A stretch of 64,000 nt of DNA from an uncultured Chloroflexia bacterium (GTDB lineage Bacteria; Chloroflexota; Limnocylindria; Limnocylindrales; CSP1-4). Positions within the stretch are counted from its first letter, which is position 1; every line of letters starts with the position of its first letter. The translations under genes were made by a program, and so were the position numbers. A model generated the notes under the pieces. The model searched no databases, had not been told where the DNA came from, and saw only the letters and a program-made list of their open reading frames with translations. The stretch lies in the NCBI GenBank assembly GCA_963825995.1, contig CAWGVH010000006.1:584474-648473 (forward strand), read 5' to 3'. Shown piece by piece: positions 8,840 to 24,012 of this stretch.

Positions 8840-10279
8840 ATGCCCGCGTCCCGTGACGCCCATCGGAGGTTCACCCCATGTCCGCACCCCGTGTCGCCGC
8901 GTCCCCCGGCGAACTGCTCGGCTTCCTCTCCGGCCATCGCCCATATCGAGGGCGAGCGTCTCGTCGTCGATGACGCGACCGCCTTCCGCGCGGCCGGCAT
9001 CCGAGATGTCGCCTGGTCGGCCACCTTCAGCCAGGATGAGGGCACCGTCGAGGCCGCCCGCTGGATCATCTGGGAAGCCTCCCAGGAGCTGGGCTCCCCG
9101 TCGGCCAGCATCCACGACCTCTACATGGCCCGCGCTCGCGGCGAGTACAGCGGCTGGACCGTGCCGGCCATGAACCTGCGCACACAGGTCTTCGACATGG
9201 CCCTGGCCGGTTGCCGCGCAGCCATGGAGCTGGACGCCGGTTCGGTCATCTTCGAGCTGGCCCGATCCGAGCAGGAGTACACGTTCCAGCGGCCCGGCGA
9301 GTACATCACGAGCGTGCTGGCGGGCTGCATCGCCGCTGGCTGGCAGGGTCCCGTCTTCGTCCAGGGCGACCACTACCAGTTCAACGCCGCCAAGTACAAG
9401 GCCGATCCCGAGGCCGTCACGGAGACCCTGCGCAAGGCCACCGTCAATGCCATGCAGGTCGGCTACGGCAACATCGACATCGACTCCTCGACGCTCGTGG
9501 ATCTCTCCTTCGAATCGCTCGACGACCAGCAGAAGGTCAACTACACGCGCGCCGCGGAGCTCTCCGCGCTCATCCGTGCCAACCAGGATGAGGGCATCGT
9601 CATCTCCATCGGCGGTGAGATCGGTGAGGTCGGCAAGCAGAACTCCACCCCAGATGAGCTGCGCGCCTACCTGGACGGCTACCGCAAGGAGCTTGACGCA
9701 CGCGCCGGCGCGGATGCCATCGGCCTCTCCAAGGTGAGCGTCCAGACGGGCACCTCGCACGGTGGCGTGCCGCTGCCCGGCGGCGGTGTGGCGGAAGTGA
9801 AGCTCGACTTCGACACCCTCAAGGTCCTCGGGGAGGTCTGCCGCGAATACGGGCTGGCCGGGGCCGTGCAGCACGGAGCATCCACGCTTCCCGACGAGCT
9901 CTTCCACCGCTTCCCGCAGGTCGAGACCGCGGAGATCCATCTGGCCACGGGCTTCCAGAACGCTCTCTACGAGCACCCCGCCTTCCCGGCTGAGCTGCAC
10001 GCACAGATCGAGGCGTTCTGCTTCGAGAACTGCGCCGACGAGCGCAAGGACGGCGAGACGGACAGCCAGTTCGTCTACAAGACGCGCAAGAAGGCCCTCG
10101 GCACGTTCAAGCGCCAGCTCTGGGACCTAGAGACCAAGGATGAGATCATCGCCAGCCAGCAGGCCAAGATGAAGTTCCTCTTCGAGCAACTGGGCATCCC
10201 GGGCAACAAGGCCATCGTCGACCAGTTCGTCACGGTCCCCAAGCGCCACAAGCCGCTGCCGGCCAGCCTGAAGGCATAG
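8840..10279 (+). CDS. Class II fructose-bisphosphate aldolase family protein (true start possibly 8878 with a frameshift near 8935)
   Basis: VPAMN, QGDHYQF, GEIGEVG, GTSHGG, VQHGAS metal-binding motifs. Confidence 0.85.
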   Translation: MPASRDAHRRFTPCPHPVSPRPPANCSASSPAIAHIEGERLVVDDATAFRAAGIRDVAWSATFSQDEGTVEAARWIIWEASQELGSPSASIHDLYMARARGEYSGWTVPAMNLRTQVFDMALAGCRAAMELDAGSVIFELARSEQEYTFQRPGEYITSVLAGCIAAGWQGPVFVQGDHYQFNAAKYKADPEAVTETLRKATVNAMQVGYGNIDIDSSTLVDLSFESLDDQQKVNYTRAAELSALIRANQDEGIVISIGGEIGEVGKQNSTPDELRAYLDGYRKELDARAGADAIGLSKVSVQTGTSHGGVPLPGGGVAEVKLDFDTLKVLGEVCREYGLAGAVQHGASTLPDELFHRFPQVETAEIHLATGFQNALYEHPAFPAELHAQIEAFCFENCADERKDGETDSQFVYKTRKKALGTFKRQLWDLETKDEIIASQQAKMKFLFEQLGIPGNKAIVDQFVTVPKRHKPLPASLKA

Positions 10280-10459
10280 CACCCACGGAGCGCGCCCGGC
10301 CACTCGGTCGGGCGCGTCGCGAACCCGCAGGCTGGTGGGCAGACCCACCCGCCGGCCGCTGCATCGCCGGGACTCGCAAGGGTCCCGGCGATGGTCATCT
10401 CGGGCCGCCTCCGTGGCGACCCGGCTACCAATCCCGAGTCCGAAGGTAAGATATCGACC

Positions 10460-11527
10460 ATGCTGACCGAATCGACCATCCTCGACGTGCTACGACAGGT
10501 TCAGGACCCCGAGATCCACCGCGACATCGTGAGCCTCGAGATGGTCAAGGACGTCCACATCGACGGCAGCAGCGTGGCCCTCAAGGTGGACCTCACGACG
10601 CCAGCCTGCCCGCTCAAGGACCAGATCGGGGAGGACATCAAGGCTCGCCTGGCCGAGATCGGAGCCACCGCCGTTGAGCTGACGTGGGGCGCCTCGGTGC
10701 GTCGGGCAGCGCCGTCGCAGCCGGATAACCTGGTGCCGGGTGTCAAGAACATCATCGCCGTGGCATCCGGCAAGGGTGGCGTGGGCAAGTCCAGCGTCTC
10801 TGTCAACCTGGCGGCGTCTCTGGCCCTGGAAGGCGCCAGCGTGGGCCTCCTGGACGCCGATATCACCGGCCCCAACATCCCCCAGATGATGGGCCTGGAG
10901 GGTGCCCCAACGGCGGCGCCAAGCGGCAAGATCCTGCCCCTCGAACGCTACGGCGTGAAGGTCATCTCCATCCAGTTCTTCGTGCCTGAGGGCCAGCCCA
11001 TCGTCTGGCGTGGCCCCCTCGTGGGCGGCGCCATCCAGCAGTTCTTGCGCGATGTCGAATGGGGCGAGCTCGACTACCTCGTGGTTGACATGCCGCCGGG
11101 CACCTCCGATGCGCAGCTCACCCTGGCCCAGTCGGTGCCGGTGAGTGGCGCCCTGCTGGTGACGACGCCACAGGACGTGGCGCTCGCAGACGTGGAGAAG
11201 GCGCTCGCGATGTTCCGGCGACTCTCGGTGCCCATCCTCGGCCTGGTGGAGAACATGAGCGCCTTCATCTGCCCGCATTGCGGCGAGGCCACGGAGATCT
11301 TCGGCCGCGGTGGTGGCGAGCGCTTCGCCGCCCGCCACGAGCTGCACTTCTTCGGCGGCATCCCGCTGGACGTCAAGGTCCGCCAGGGTGGCGACGCGGG
11401 CGTGCCCGCCGTCGCTCAGCGGGAGCCCGGCCCGGCCGCCCAGGTCATGCGTGACGTGGCCCGCCAAGTGGCTGCCCGCATGGCCGTTCGCGCTGCCTCC
11501 GGACTGCCTGTCCTGACGATCTCCTAG
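10460..11527 (+). CDS. mrp: Mrp/NBP35 (ApbC) Fe-S cluster carrier ATPase
   Basis: N-terminal DPE...LTTPACP domain; ASGKGGVGKS, WRGP, DMPPGT, ENMS, CPHC. Confidence 0.95.
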   Translation: MLTESTILDVLRQVQDPEIHRDIVSLEMVKDVHIDGSSVALKVDLTTPACPLKDQIGEDIKARLAEIGATAVELTWGASVRRAAPSQPDNLVPGVKNIIAVASGKGGVGKSSVSVNLAASLALEGASVGLLDADITGPNIPQMMGLEGAPTAAPSGKILPLERYGVKVISIQFFVPEGQPIVWRGPLVGGAIQQFLRDVEWGELDYLVVDMPPGTSDAQLTLAQSVPVSGALLVTTPQDVALADVEKALAMFRRLSVPILGLVENMSAFICPHCGEATEIFGRGGGERFAARHELHFFGGIPLDVKVRQGGDAGVPAVAQREPGPAAQVMRDVARQVAARMAVRAASGLPVLTIS

Positions 11528-11581
11528 CCCCCGCCAGCCGTCGACCGGAGCACCTGCCCCGGCGGCCAGACCGGCTGGGCT

Positions 11582-12754
11582 TCAGTCGCCCAGACGTCTC
11601 CACAGCTCCGCTGCGCCGGCATTGGCCGAGCGGCGCCGGCCGATCTCGCCGCCCCGAAAGATGACATGGCTGGCGCGCTCGACGCGACCCTCGATGTCCA
11701 GGCCGACCTCGGCGCGCATGTCATCGCCCGACTCACGGGCCACGACCGCCAGGCCGATCTGCGCGCCACTCCTCGCACGAGCCTGCGTGGCCAGGTCCTC
11801 CGGGTCCGGGTCGCCCGTGGGGTCGCTTGGGCCGCGCACCTCGGCCCGCACCAGGAATGGGGCCGACCCGAGGAGCTGGGCAAGGCAGCCTCCGGTGCCG
11901 ACCTCGATGGTGGCCACCCGGCGGGCCCCCAGGCGGCCGGCGAGGGCCACCGGCCAGTCGTCTTCGTCGCGGGCGAAGACGTAGGCGTCGAGCCGCGGGC
12001 TGAGGGCCGCCACGGCCTGCGCGACCCGCTCACTCGCGCCCTGGGTCCCATCGCCCGTGGCGCTCACCCGCAGGTCCACGGAGTCCGGCCGTGCGTACGT
12101 GGCCAACCTTGGGTTCACCGACGCCAGGACATCCTGGCCCACCAGGTCGACGACGGCAGACTCTCCGATGCCGGTCAGTCGCAGGGTGACGACGGCGCGG
12201 TCCAGACCGAGGCCACGCGCACGGAGGCGTGGCAGAGCCTCGTCGCGCCACATAGGGAGCAGCTCCCGAGGAGGCCCTGGCAGCGCGATGATGACGCCGG
12301 CTGCCGCCTCCACCCACCAGCCGGGCGCGGTGCCGTTTGGGTTCGCCATGGCTGAAGCGCTGGGGATGAGCCAGGCCTGCTTGAGGTTGACGTTCGAGAA
12401 GGGCGATCCGCGCCTCGCCCAGAGGTCCCGCAGCCAGGCTTCCAGGTCGGGGTCGACCCTCGGCTGCTCGCCGAGGGCGGCCGCGACGCCCTCTCGCGTG
12501 AGATCGTCCGGCGTCGGCCCGAGGCCGCCGCTGGTGACCACGAGGTCGACCCGGCCGAGCGCTGCGGTGATGGCCTCGGCGATGGTGTCGAGGTCGTCCG
12601 GCAGCTGCGTCATGCGCCGGACGTCAACGCCGAGGTCGGTCAGCGAGCGGGCCAGGTCGCCACTGTTGGTGTCCCGCGTCTCGCCCACCAGCAGCTCCGC
12701 GCCGACAGCCAGGAGCTCTGCGGAGGCGATGGGGAGAGCGTCCGAGGATGGCAC
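11582..12754 (-). CDS. cinA: CinA-like protein (molybdopterin-binding-like N-domain plus degenerate PncC domain)
   Basis: AVGAELLVGETRDTNS, SGGLGPTPDDLT, NPNGTAPG, LPGPPRE; start at the GTG 6 nt after TACACT. Confidence 0.85.
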   Translation of the reverse strand: MPSSDALPIASAELLAVGAELLVGETRDTNSGDLARSLTDLGVDVRRMTQLPDDLDTIAEAITAALGRVDLVVTSGGLGPTPDDLTREGVAAALGEQPRVDPDLEAWLRDLWARRGSPFSNVNLKQAWLIPSASAMANPNGTAPGWWVEAAAGVIIALPGPPRELLPMWRDEALPRLRARGLGLDRAVVTLRLTGIGESAVVDLVGQDVLASVNPRLATYARPDSVDLRVSATGDGTQGASERVAQAVAALSPRLDAYVFARDEDDWPVALAGRLGARRVATIEVGTGGCLAQLLGSAPFLVRAEVRGPSDPTGDPDPEDLATQARARSGAQIGLAVVARESGDDMRAEVGLDIEGRVERASHVIFRGGEIGRRRSANAGAAELWRRLGD

Positions 12755-12813
12755 GGCGCGAGTGTACGCGAGGTCGTCCGGCCCGGCGGCCACGTCAGCC
12801 GCCACGCTGCAGG

Positions 12814-12843
12814 TTGACGAGGCACCCCGGTGTGTGTTATCAC
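12814..12843 (+). promoter_or_regulatory. Putative sigma70-type groEL promoter
   Basis: TTGACG at 12814-12819 and a TATCAC-like -10 at about 12838 overlapping the CIRCE. Confidence 0.55.
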
Positions 12844-12863
12844 TCTGACGCTGAGAGTGCTAA
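12837..12863 (+). promoter_or_regulatory. CIRCE element (HrcA operator)
   Basis: TTATCACTC-N9-GAGTGCTAA, one mismatch to TTAGCACTC-N9-GAGTGCTAA, upstream of groEL. Confidence 0.92.
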
Positions 12864-12981
12864 CCAACGTACGGGGACGGTCTCGCCCCCGGCGAGGGAT
12901 CACCAGACTGGCGCAGCCGGGCGCCCCCTCAGGCGGCGTGTGTCGCGACATGAGCGCAGGGCCCCCGGAGCGCCGCGATAG

Positions 12982-14634
<1,653 letters not shown>

Positions 14635-14674
14635 CCCGCTCCCGGACGCGGGAGCCCAGTCCCGCAAGAAGCCT

Positions 14675-14703
14675 GGAGGCCCGGCCACGGTGGTCGGGCC
14701 TTC
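14675..14703 (+). terminator. Stem-loop after groEL
   Basis: GGAGGCCCGGCCA-cgg-TGGTCGGGCCTTC; weak U-tract. Confidence 0.5.
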
Positions 14704-15021
14704 GGATTCCGTGGCACAGAAGCGCGACAGCGACAGCCTCTTGGCTGGGCTCGCCAGCACCCGACACGCAGCCACGCGGCCGCTGGCCGCTCAGGTATCC
14801 TCTAGCGGATCGGCAGAGGAGCAGTCGCTGCCTGCCGCGACCCTGAAGCGAGGCCCACCCTGACGCTCGAACCGGATCCCCTGGACGACACCCGCTCGGA
14901 CGGCGGCGACCCTCGTGCGCCCGGCACCGGGGCGGCCGGAGGCGGCACCAGTGGCACACGCGCGGGCGAGGACAGCGCACCCGGAGTCGGTGAGGCCATC
15001 TACGAGGCGCGTGCCGCGTTC

Positions 15022-15795
15022 ATGCGCATGCTCGAGGCTCACCTCGCGTTGCTGCGCGCGGAGCTCTCGGTGGCCGGCAGGGAACTGGGCATCATCATCG
15101 GCCTGGCGGCCGCAGCCCTCGCCCTCCTCATCCTCATCGGCCTGCTGCTCTACATCGGCAGCTGGCTCTTCTTCGGGGAGTGGCTCTTCGGGTCCATGGG
15201 TTGGGGCATGATCCACGGCAGCCTGCTGAACGTGGCCCTCATCGGCTTCATCGGCGTGAACCTGGCCGGTGGCTCCACACGGCTCTATGGCTGGGGCTTC
15301 GTCATCGGCCTCATCACGGGTGTCGTGGTCGCCGTCGTCCTCGCCACCAACGCCTTGCCTCACGGCGCGACCACCGTGGCGGGTGAGGCCCAGGAAAGCA
15401 TCGATCTCGCCACGAACCTGCTGGCCACGCTCATCGGTGTCGTCGTCGGAGCTGTGGTGCTGGCGCTGGTGGCGCTCGTCATCGGTTGGCGCCAGAAGCT
15501 GCGCGGGAAGCGTCTGGTCTGGGTCAGCGTGGCCGGTGCCCTCGGTGGCGCCTTCATCGGCGCCATCGTGGCCTCCAGCCTCTGGAGCTACGCCGGCGCA
15601 GCTGCCATCGGCATCACGGTCGGACTGCTGACTTGGATCGGCGTGGGCGGCTGGCTGGCCTACCGGCACGGCTTCGATCCAGAGGAACGCTACGCGAACT
15701 TGGTGCCACGCCAGTCGATCGAGTCGCTGGAGGTCTCGCGTGACTTCGTGAAGGCGCAGGTGAAGCGTCAGAGGGACAGGATGATGGGCCGATGA
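15022..15795 (+). CDS. Multi-pass membrane protein (holin-like/YqjE-type architecture)
   Basis: HLALLRAEL helix then several TM helices and a C-terminal P..SIESL; frame is open upstream to about 14860. Confidence 0.65.
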   Translation: MRMLEAHLALLRAELSVAGRELGIIIGLAAAALALLILIGLLLYIGSWLFFGEWLFGSMGWGMIHGSLLNVALIGFIGVNLAGGSTRLYGWGFVIGLITGVVVAVVLATNALPHGATTVAGEAQESIDLATNLLATLIGVVVGAVVLALVALVIGWRQKLRGKRLVWVSVAGALGGAFIGAIVASSLWSYAGAAAIGITVGLLTWIGVGGWLAYRHGFDPEERYANLVPRQSIESLEVSRDFVKAQVKRQRDRMMGR

Positions 15796-16391
15796 CCGAC
15801 CCCGCGAAGCAGCGACTGGGCCGCCTCCCGATCGCGGATCGTGAGCCCACGCCAGAGGTGGCGGCCGCCTTGGCTGACCTGCAGGCAGCGCGCGATGGCG
15901 TGCAGCAGTCGCTCGACGAGCTGACCGTCGCGACGCAGTCAGCCTTGGATATCCCGTCCAAGATCCGCAAGAACCCGGTCAAGACGGCTGCCCTCGTCGG
16001 CGGTGCCGGCTTCCTGCTGGCAGGCGGCCCGCGCCGCATGCTGCGCTTCGCTGTCGGCCGGGTCCGTCCGGCCAAGCCGGACCCATACGCCGGCCTGTTG
16101 CCGCCAGAGATCGAGCGCGTCCTGAAGGATGTGGGCCTGGCCAAGGATCCGGAGGTGCGGCGCGCCCTGGACCAGGACTTCGCCGAATACCTCAAGTCCA
16201 AGGGCCGTTACGGTCCGGAGCCCACCGCGTCGACCTCGCTCTGGCGCACGTTCGACCGCGTGGCCGGCCCACTCGGCACCGCCAGCGCCAGGGTCCTCGT
16301 GGAACGCATCATGGAGGCCGATCGCACCCGGGCGAAGCGCCTCGCCGAGGCACGCAAGAAGTCCCACGAAGCGGCTTCCAAGTCCTCCTAG
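15792..16391 (+). CDS. Hypothetical protein (DUF3618/ElaB-like: coiled coil plus membrane anchor)
   Basis: ATGA-coupled to the previous gene; QAARDGVQQSLDEL coil, RKNPVKTAALVGGAGFLLAGG anchor. Confidence 0.65.
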   Translation: MTDPAKQRLGRLPIADREPTPEVAAALADLQAARDGVQQSLDELTVATQSALDIPSKIRKNPVKTAALVGGAGFLLAGGPRRMLRFAVGRVRPAKPDPYAGLLPPEIERVLKDVGLAKDPEVRRALDQDFAEYLKSKGRYGPEPTASTSLWRTFDRVAGPLGTASARVLVERIMEADRTRAKRLAEARKKSHEAASKSS

Positions 16392-16463
16392 CGCTCGCGT
16401 CCTCGTCGATCGGCCGGAGTGCCCCGGGGAGGGGGCTGATTCCCGTATAGTCGGCGCGCCCCT

Positions 16464-16549
16464 GCCGGGGTGGCGGAATGGCAGACGCAGCAGCCTTAGG
16501 AGCTGTTGACCGCGAGGTCGTGCAGGTTCGACTCCTGTCCCCGGCACCA
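16464..16549 (+). tRNA. tRNA-Leu(TAG)
   Basis: GCCGGGG/CCCCGGC acceptor stem, GGCGGAATGGCAGACGC D-arm, CT-TAG-GA anticodon loop, long variable arm, GGTTCGACTCC T-arm, encoded CCA. Confidence 0.96.
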
Positions 16550-16610
16550 ACCACCCGGAGACACCGCGGCCAGCGTCTCCCTATACTCGCGTGGCACTTC
16601 CACCCATCCG

Positions 16611-18098
16611 ATGAACAAGGACGCCGTGAAGACCGACATCCGCGAAGGCGACCGCAGCACGATCGTGCTGGAGGTCGAGATCACCGCCCAGGAGCTCCAA
16701 AGGGCCATCGACGAGGGCGTCCGGCATCTTGCCCGCCGCACGCGCGTTCCCGGCTTCCGGCCCGGCAAGGCACCCCGTCAGATCCTGGAGCGGGCCATGG
16801 GCATCGACCGCTCCGATCCCGACTCACCCAACCCCATCTACGACGAAGCCCGCGAGCACCTCTACGAGCGCACCGTCCTGCAGGCCCTCCAGGAAGCCGA
16901 CCGGGATGTCCTGGAGCTTCCCCGCGAGCCCGAGTGGACGAGCTTCGCGGAGGGCGAAGGCGCCGCGTACCGCGTCACGCTGGCGGTCCGGCCAGAGGTC
17001 AAGCTCGGCGACTACACCGGCTTCCCCTTCACGCCGCAGGTCGACGAGGTCACCGACGAGCAGGTCGAGGCCGTCATCGAGCAGCTGCGTGATCAGCAGG
17101 CTGTGCTCGTGCCGGTCGAGGATCGCCCCGCGCAGGTCGAGGACTACGCGGTCATCAGCTTCGAGGGTCGGCGCGGCGGTCAGTTGGTCGATGGCGCTCG
17201 GGCCGAGCGCTTCCCGCTCATCATCGGCAAGGACCGCATGGTCCCGGGCTTCGAGGCCAACCTCATCGGGATGCGCGAGGACGAGGAGCGCACCTTCACC
17301 GTGACGTTCCCCGGGGACTACGGCGAGGCTGAACTGGCTGGGCAGGAGATCGAGTTCACCACCCAGCTGCGCGAGCTGCGCGAGCGCCGCCTGCCGGACG
17401 CGGACGACGACTTCGCCAGCCTCGTGGGCCCCTACGACGACCTGGCCGCGCTGCGCCTCGAACTGCGGTCGCGCATGGCGGTCAGCGCGCTGGACCGCGC
17501 CCGGCATCTCTTCGCCGACCGTGTCATCGAGTACGCCACGGCCAACGCCACCCTGGACCTGCCGGACGTGCTCGTAGAGCGCGAGGTCGAGATGATGATC
17601 GACGAGCTCAAGGTGCGCACGGCCCAGCAGGGCATCCGCTACGAGGACTACCTGCGCGTCACGGAGAAGACCGAGGCGTCCCTACGCGAGGAGTACCGCG
17701 AGCCCGCGGAGCACCGTGTCAAGGTATTGCTGGTGCTGGGAAACATCGCGGACAAGGAGGATGTGAGCATCTCTGACGCCGAGGTCGAGGCTGAGATCGC
17801 CCACCTGCGCGCCGACGAGGAGGGCAACCGCTCGGTTGCCGACTACCTCGACTCCGATCGCGGCCGCAGCTACATCCGCTCGCAGCTGCGCCGCTCGGCG
17901 GTCGTCGAGCTGCTCGTGGACCGCTGGATCGAGGCGCACCCCGAGTTCGCCGAAGTGCGCCACCAGCACCAGCCGCACTCGCACCACGAAGACGAGGCTC
18001 CCAGCCTCATCGACGAGGTCATCGGCACCGGCGGCGACGAAGAGGACGAGGAGCTGGCTGCCATCGAGGCGGCGGCGGCAGAGGAGGCCAGGGCATGA
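16611..18098 (+). CDS. tig: Trigger factor
   Basis: [10 protein letters not shown] ribosome-binding signature, FKBP domain (MVPGFE, TFPGDY), upstream of clpP; alternative GTG start at 16626. Confidence 0.95.
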   Translation: MNKDAVKTDIREGDRSTIVLEVEITAQELQRAIDEGVRHLARRTRVPGFRPGKAPRQILERAMGIDRSDPDSPNPIYDEAREHLYERTVLQALQEADRDVLELPREPEWTSFAEGEGAAYRVTLAVRPEVKLGDYTGFPFTPQVDEVTDEQVEAVIEQLRDQQAVLVPVEDRPAQVEDYAVISFEGRRGGQLVDGARAERFPLIIGKDRMVPGFEANLIGMREDEERTFTVTFPGDYGEAELAGQEIEFTTQLRELRERRLPDADDDFASLVGPYDDLAALRLELRSRMAVSALDRARHLFADRVIEYATANATLDLPDVLVEREVEMMIDELKVRTAQQGIRYEDYLRVTEKTEASLREEYREPAEHRVKVLLVLGNIADKEDVSISDAEVEAEIAHLRADEEGNRSVADYLDSDRGRSYIRSQLRRSAVVELLVDRWIEAHPEFAEVRHQHQPHSHHEDEAPSLIDEVIGTGGDEEDEELAAIEAAAAEEARA

Positions 18099-18790
18099 GC
18101 GTCCAGCGTCCCGGGATCCCGAGCCCGTCCGCGGCGGCCGAAGCGGCCCGCCAGACCACGGCCATGCTGGTGCCCATGGTCATCGAGTCCTCGAGCCGGG
18201 GCGAGCGCGCCTACGACATCTACAGTCGGCTGCTCAAGGACAGGATCATCTTCCTCGGTGATGCCATCGAGGACCATGTCGCCAATCTCGTCATCGCCCA
18301 GCTGCTCTTCCTGGAGGCGGAGGACCCCGAGCGCGACATCAGCCTGTACATCAACTCGCCCGGCGGCGTGGTGACATCCGGCCTGGCGATCTACGACACG
18401 ATGCAGTACCTGCGCGCCCCCGTGAGCACCATCTGCATCGGTATGGCAGCCTCCATGGCCTCCGTCCTGCTGGCGGCCGGCGCGAAGGGCAAGCGCTACG
18501 CCCTGCCCAACAGCCGGATCATGATCCACCAAGGCTCGGGCGGCTTCCGGGGATCCACGCCGGATGTCCTCATCCAGGTGCGCGAGCTGGAGGACCTCAA
18601 CAACCGCCTCCACGAGATCCTCGCCCGGCATACGGGTCAGCCGGCCAAGAAGGTGGCCGCAGACACCGAGCGCGACTACTTCATGGCACCCGAACAGGCC
18701 AAGGCGTATGGCATCATCGACGATGTCTACGCCGAGCGAGCAGGGTCGCTGATCAGCGAGGCCAAGGGCAAGTCGTCGAGCAAGGGTTAG
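18095..18790 (+). CDS. clpP: ATP-dependent Clp protease proteolytic subunit
   Basis: [26 protein letters not shown] (Ser), MIHQ (His). Confidence 0.98.
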   Translation: MSVQRPGIPSPSAAAEAARQTTAMLVPMVIESSSRGERAYDIYSRLLKDRIIFLGDAIEDHVANLVIAQLLFLEAEDPERDISLYINSPGGVVTSGLAIYDTMQYLRAPVSTICIGMAASMASVLLAAGAKGKRYALPNSRIMIHQGSGGFRGSTPDVLIQVRELEDLNNRLHEILARHTGQPAKKVAADTERDYFMAPEQAKAYGIIDDVYAERAGSLISEAKGKSSSKG

Positions 18791-18820
18791 CGACCAGGAC
18801 CCGGGAAGGAGGGCACAAGC

Positions 18821-20125
18821 GTGGCCAGCACCTCGGGCAAGGGCACGAAGGTGCCCTACCGCTGCTCCTTCTGCGGCAAGAGCCAGGAGCAGGTCCGCAA
18901 GCTCATCGCCGGGCAGGGCGTCTACATCTGTGACGAGTGCATCACGCTCTGCCAGGAGATCATCGACGAGGAGATGCTGGAGACGCCGCGCGCGCCCGGC
19001 AAGCCCAAGGCGGCCAAGGTTCCCAACCCGCGCCAGATCAAGGACGCCCTGGATGCCTATGTCATCAGCCAGGAGCGCGCCAAGCGAGTGCTCTCGGTGG
19101 CTGTCTACAACCACTACAAGCGCATCAACGCGGGCAGCGCCGTGGACGACGTGGAGCTGCAGAAGTCCAACGTCCTCCTCGTGGGCCCCACCGGATCGGG
19201 CAAGACGCTCCTGGCTCAGACGCTGGCGCGCGTCCTGGACGTGCCCTTCTGCATCGCCGACGCCACTTCCCTGACGGAGGCCGGGTATGTCGGTGAGGAT
19301 GTCGAGAACATCCTGCTACGGCTCATCCAAGCCGCCGACTTCGATGTCGCCCGCGCTCAGCGTGGCATCGTCTACATCGACGAGATCGACAAGATCGCCC
19401 GCAAGGCCGACAACCCCTCTATCACCCGAGATGTCTCCGGGGAAGGCGTCCAGCAGGGTCTCCTCAAGATCCTCGAGGGCACCATCGCCAACGTACCCCC
19501 GCAGGGCGGTCGCAAGCATCCCCACCAGGACTTCATCCAGATCGACACCACGAACGTCCTCTTCATCCTCGGCGGCGCCTTCGAAGGGCTCGAGCGGATC
19601 GTCGAGGAGCGCGTCGGGCACAAGTCCATGGGCTTCGGGTCGCAGGCGCAGGTGGAGCGTACGGAGCGGGCCAGGGTCCTCGAGAGGCTCATGCCAGAGG
19701 ACCTCTTGAAGTTCGGGCTCATCCCGGAGTTCGTGGGGCGCCTTCCGGTCATGGTGACGCTCTCGGCACTGACTCGCGACGACCTCATGCGCGTCCTCAC
19801 GGAGCCGCGGAATGCCGTCACCCGACAGTTCGAGCGTTTCCTGCAACTGGACAAGGTGGAGCTCGTCTTCACGCCGGGCGCCATCGAGGCTGCCGCAGAT
19901 CTGGCGCTGCTGCGCAAGACCGGTGCCCGGGCCCTGCGCTCCATCGTCGAGGAGTCGCTGCTGGACGTCATGTTCGACATCCCCGAGCGCAGTGACGTGC
20001 GCAAGTGCGTCATCACGGAGGAGGTCATCCGCGAGGGTCGCGCCCCGCTGCTGCTGACCAAGGCGCACCTCGACCAGGGCGTGGATGAGTCGAACTACGA
20101 GGGCCTCCGGGAGAAGGGCGCATAG
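18821..20125 (+). CDS. clpX: ATP-dependent Clp protease ATP-binding subunit
   Basis: CSFCGK...ICDEC zinc finger, [24 protein letters not shown]. Confidence 0.98.
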   Translation: MASTSGKGTKVPYRCSFCGKSQEQVRKLIAGQGVYICDECITLCQEIIDEEMLETPRAPGKPKAAKVPNPRQIKDALDAYVISQERAKRVLSVAVYNHYKRINAGSAVDDVELQKSNVLLVGPTGSGKTLLAQTLARVLDVPFCIADATSLTEAGYVGEDVENILLRLIQAADFDVARAQRGIVYIDEIDKIARKADNPSITRDVSGEGVQQGLLKILEGTIANVPPQGGRKHPHQDFIQIDTTNVLFILGGAFEGLERIVEERVGHKSMGFGSQAQVERTERARVLERLMPEDLLKFGLIPEFVGRLPVMVTLSALTRDDLMRVLTEPRNAVTRQFERFLQLDKVELVFTPGAIEAAADLALLRKTGARALRSIVEESLLDVMFDIPERSDVRKCVITEEVIREGRAPLLLTKAHLDQGVDESNYEGLREKGA

Positions 20126-20290
20126 GCCTGCGCTCGATGGCGGCACAGGCCGGGGGCGTGATAGGCGGATCGCCGTCCCGGTCACAGCACATGTCGACTC
20201 CTCGTCCGCCAGCCGGAGACGATGGCAAGGTGCGCTAGACTCGCCACACTGCAGCCGGCTGATCCCGCCGGCCGAGATCACAGAGGCTCC

Positions 20291-20338
20291 ATGACCTCGT
20301 TCGTCCTCGTGGCGGACGAGGTCGTCCGTGTCGCATGA
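20291..20338 (+). other. Candidate Val-rich leader peptide MTSFVLVADEVVRVA
   Basis: 15-codon uORF with AGAGG RBS and 5 Val codons; stop overlaps the GAGGAG RBS of valS; internal hairpin at 20293-20323. Confidence 0.45.
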
Positions 20339-20352
20339 GGAGATGAGCAGGC

Positions 20353-23130
<2,778 letters not shown>

Positions 23131-23254
23131 CGTCACGGAGCGCCGGCCGAGTCAGACGCCGGACGGTACCGAGGGCCGGGTTGCACTCGCGACCGACGCG
23201 CTACGATGAGGCCATCCAGTCCTGACACTCGCCGTTTGAGCCGGGGACCAATCT

Positions 23255-24007
23255 GTGACGTTCGACTTCCTCAAGCGCAAGCCCGGGCGGCCGGCGGCCA
23301 AGCCCAGGTCCATGGGTCTGCCCGACCCTGGCATCCTGACCGAAGAACCGCCGGCCGAGGATTACGAGCTCAAGCTGACCTACCGGGCGCGCAGCAGCAA
23401 GGGCGTGCGCTTCCGTCCGGGTGAAGGTTCCGTGGCCGCGCTACCGCTCATGCTCGAGCCATTCGCGAAGTCGCCCATCGAGCTCATCGAGGCGCTGGAT
23501 CCGCAGTTCGCCGACGCGAACCCGACCGTCATGCGCACCATCGAAGCATCGCAGTGGCTCAATGCCCACCACCAGCGGTCGCCTGTCACACGCTACGGCC
23601 TGATGGTCCTCGAGTCGCTGGATGCGGTCGACCCGGCCTACGAGTCGATCGCCATGTGCCTGCTGGAAGGGAGCCTCGATTCGGGCGGCTATCCCGACTA
23701 CACCGGCGTCGTTGGTGCCGTGGCCTCCTACTGGGACGAGGTCACTGGCGACCAGATGGTCCGGGGCCTCGTGGGCTGGGGCGGTCGAGGCGTGCGCGGA
23801 GACACGGAGCGCAACGCAACGCGATTCCTGAGTGGCATCCTCGTGGCCATCGTCTCGTCTCGAGGTGCGGCGGAGGTGCTGGAGCTCGATCGTCCGCTGC
23901 CGCCCGATTCGGGCAGCGGCCTGGTGTGTCCACACTGCCAGTTCGCCCAGGTCGGGCGAAGCGCATATTTCTGCCCCAAGTGCGGCATGCGCCTGCTGCG
24001 AGGCTGA
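23255..24007 (+). CDS. Hypothetical protein with C-terminal zinc ribbon
   Basis: CPHC-x10-CPKCG at the C-terminus; first gene of a tightly spaced operon. Confidence 0.7.
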   Translation: MTFDFLKRKPGRPAAKPRSMGLPDPGILTEEPPAEDYELKLTYRARSSKGVRFRPGEGSVAALPLMLEPFAKSPIELIEALDPQFADANPTVMRTIEASQWLNAHHQRSPVTRYGLMVLESLDAVDPAYESIAMCLLEGSLDSGGYPDYTGVVGAVASYWDEVTGDQMVRGLVGWGGRGVRGDTERNATRFLSGILVAIVSSRGAAEVLELDRPLPPDSGSGLVCPHCQFAQVGRSAYFCPKCGMRLLRG

Positions 24008-24012
24008 CCGAC

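Noticed and set aside
15022-16610. Prophage or island at tRNA-Leu, suggested by the holin-like gene
   Set aside because: No integrase, att duplication or phage genes; tRNA-Leu-tig-clpP-clpX is an ordinary core arrangement
20126-20352. T-box riboswitch upstream of valS
   Set aside because: A TTCGTCC-like segment exists, but I found no GGTGGNACC T-box motif or stem I, and the leader is short
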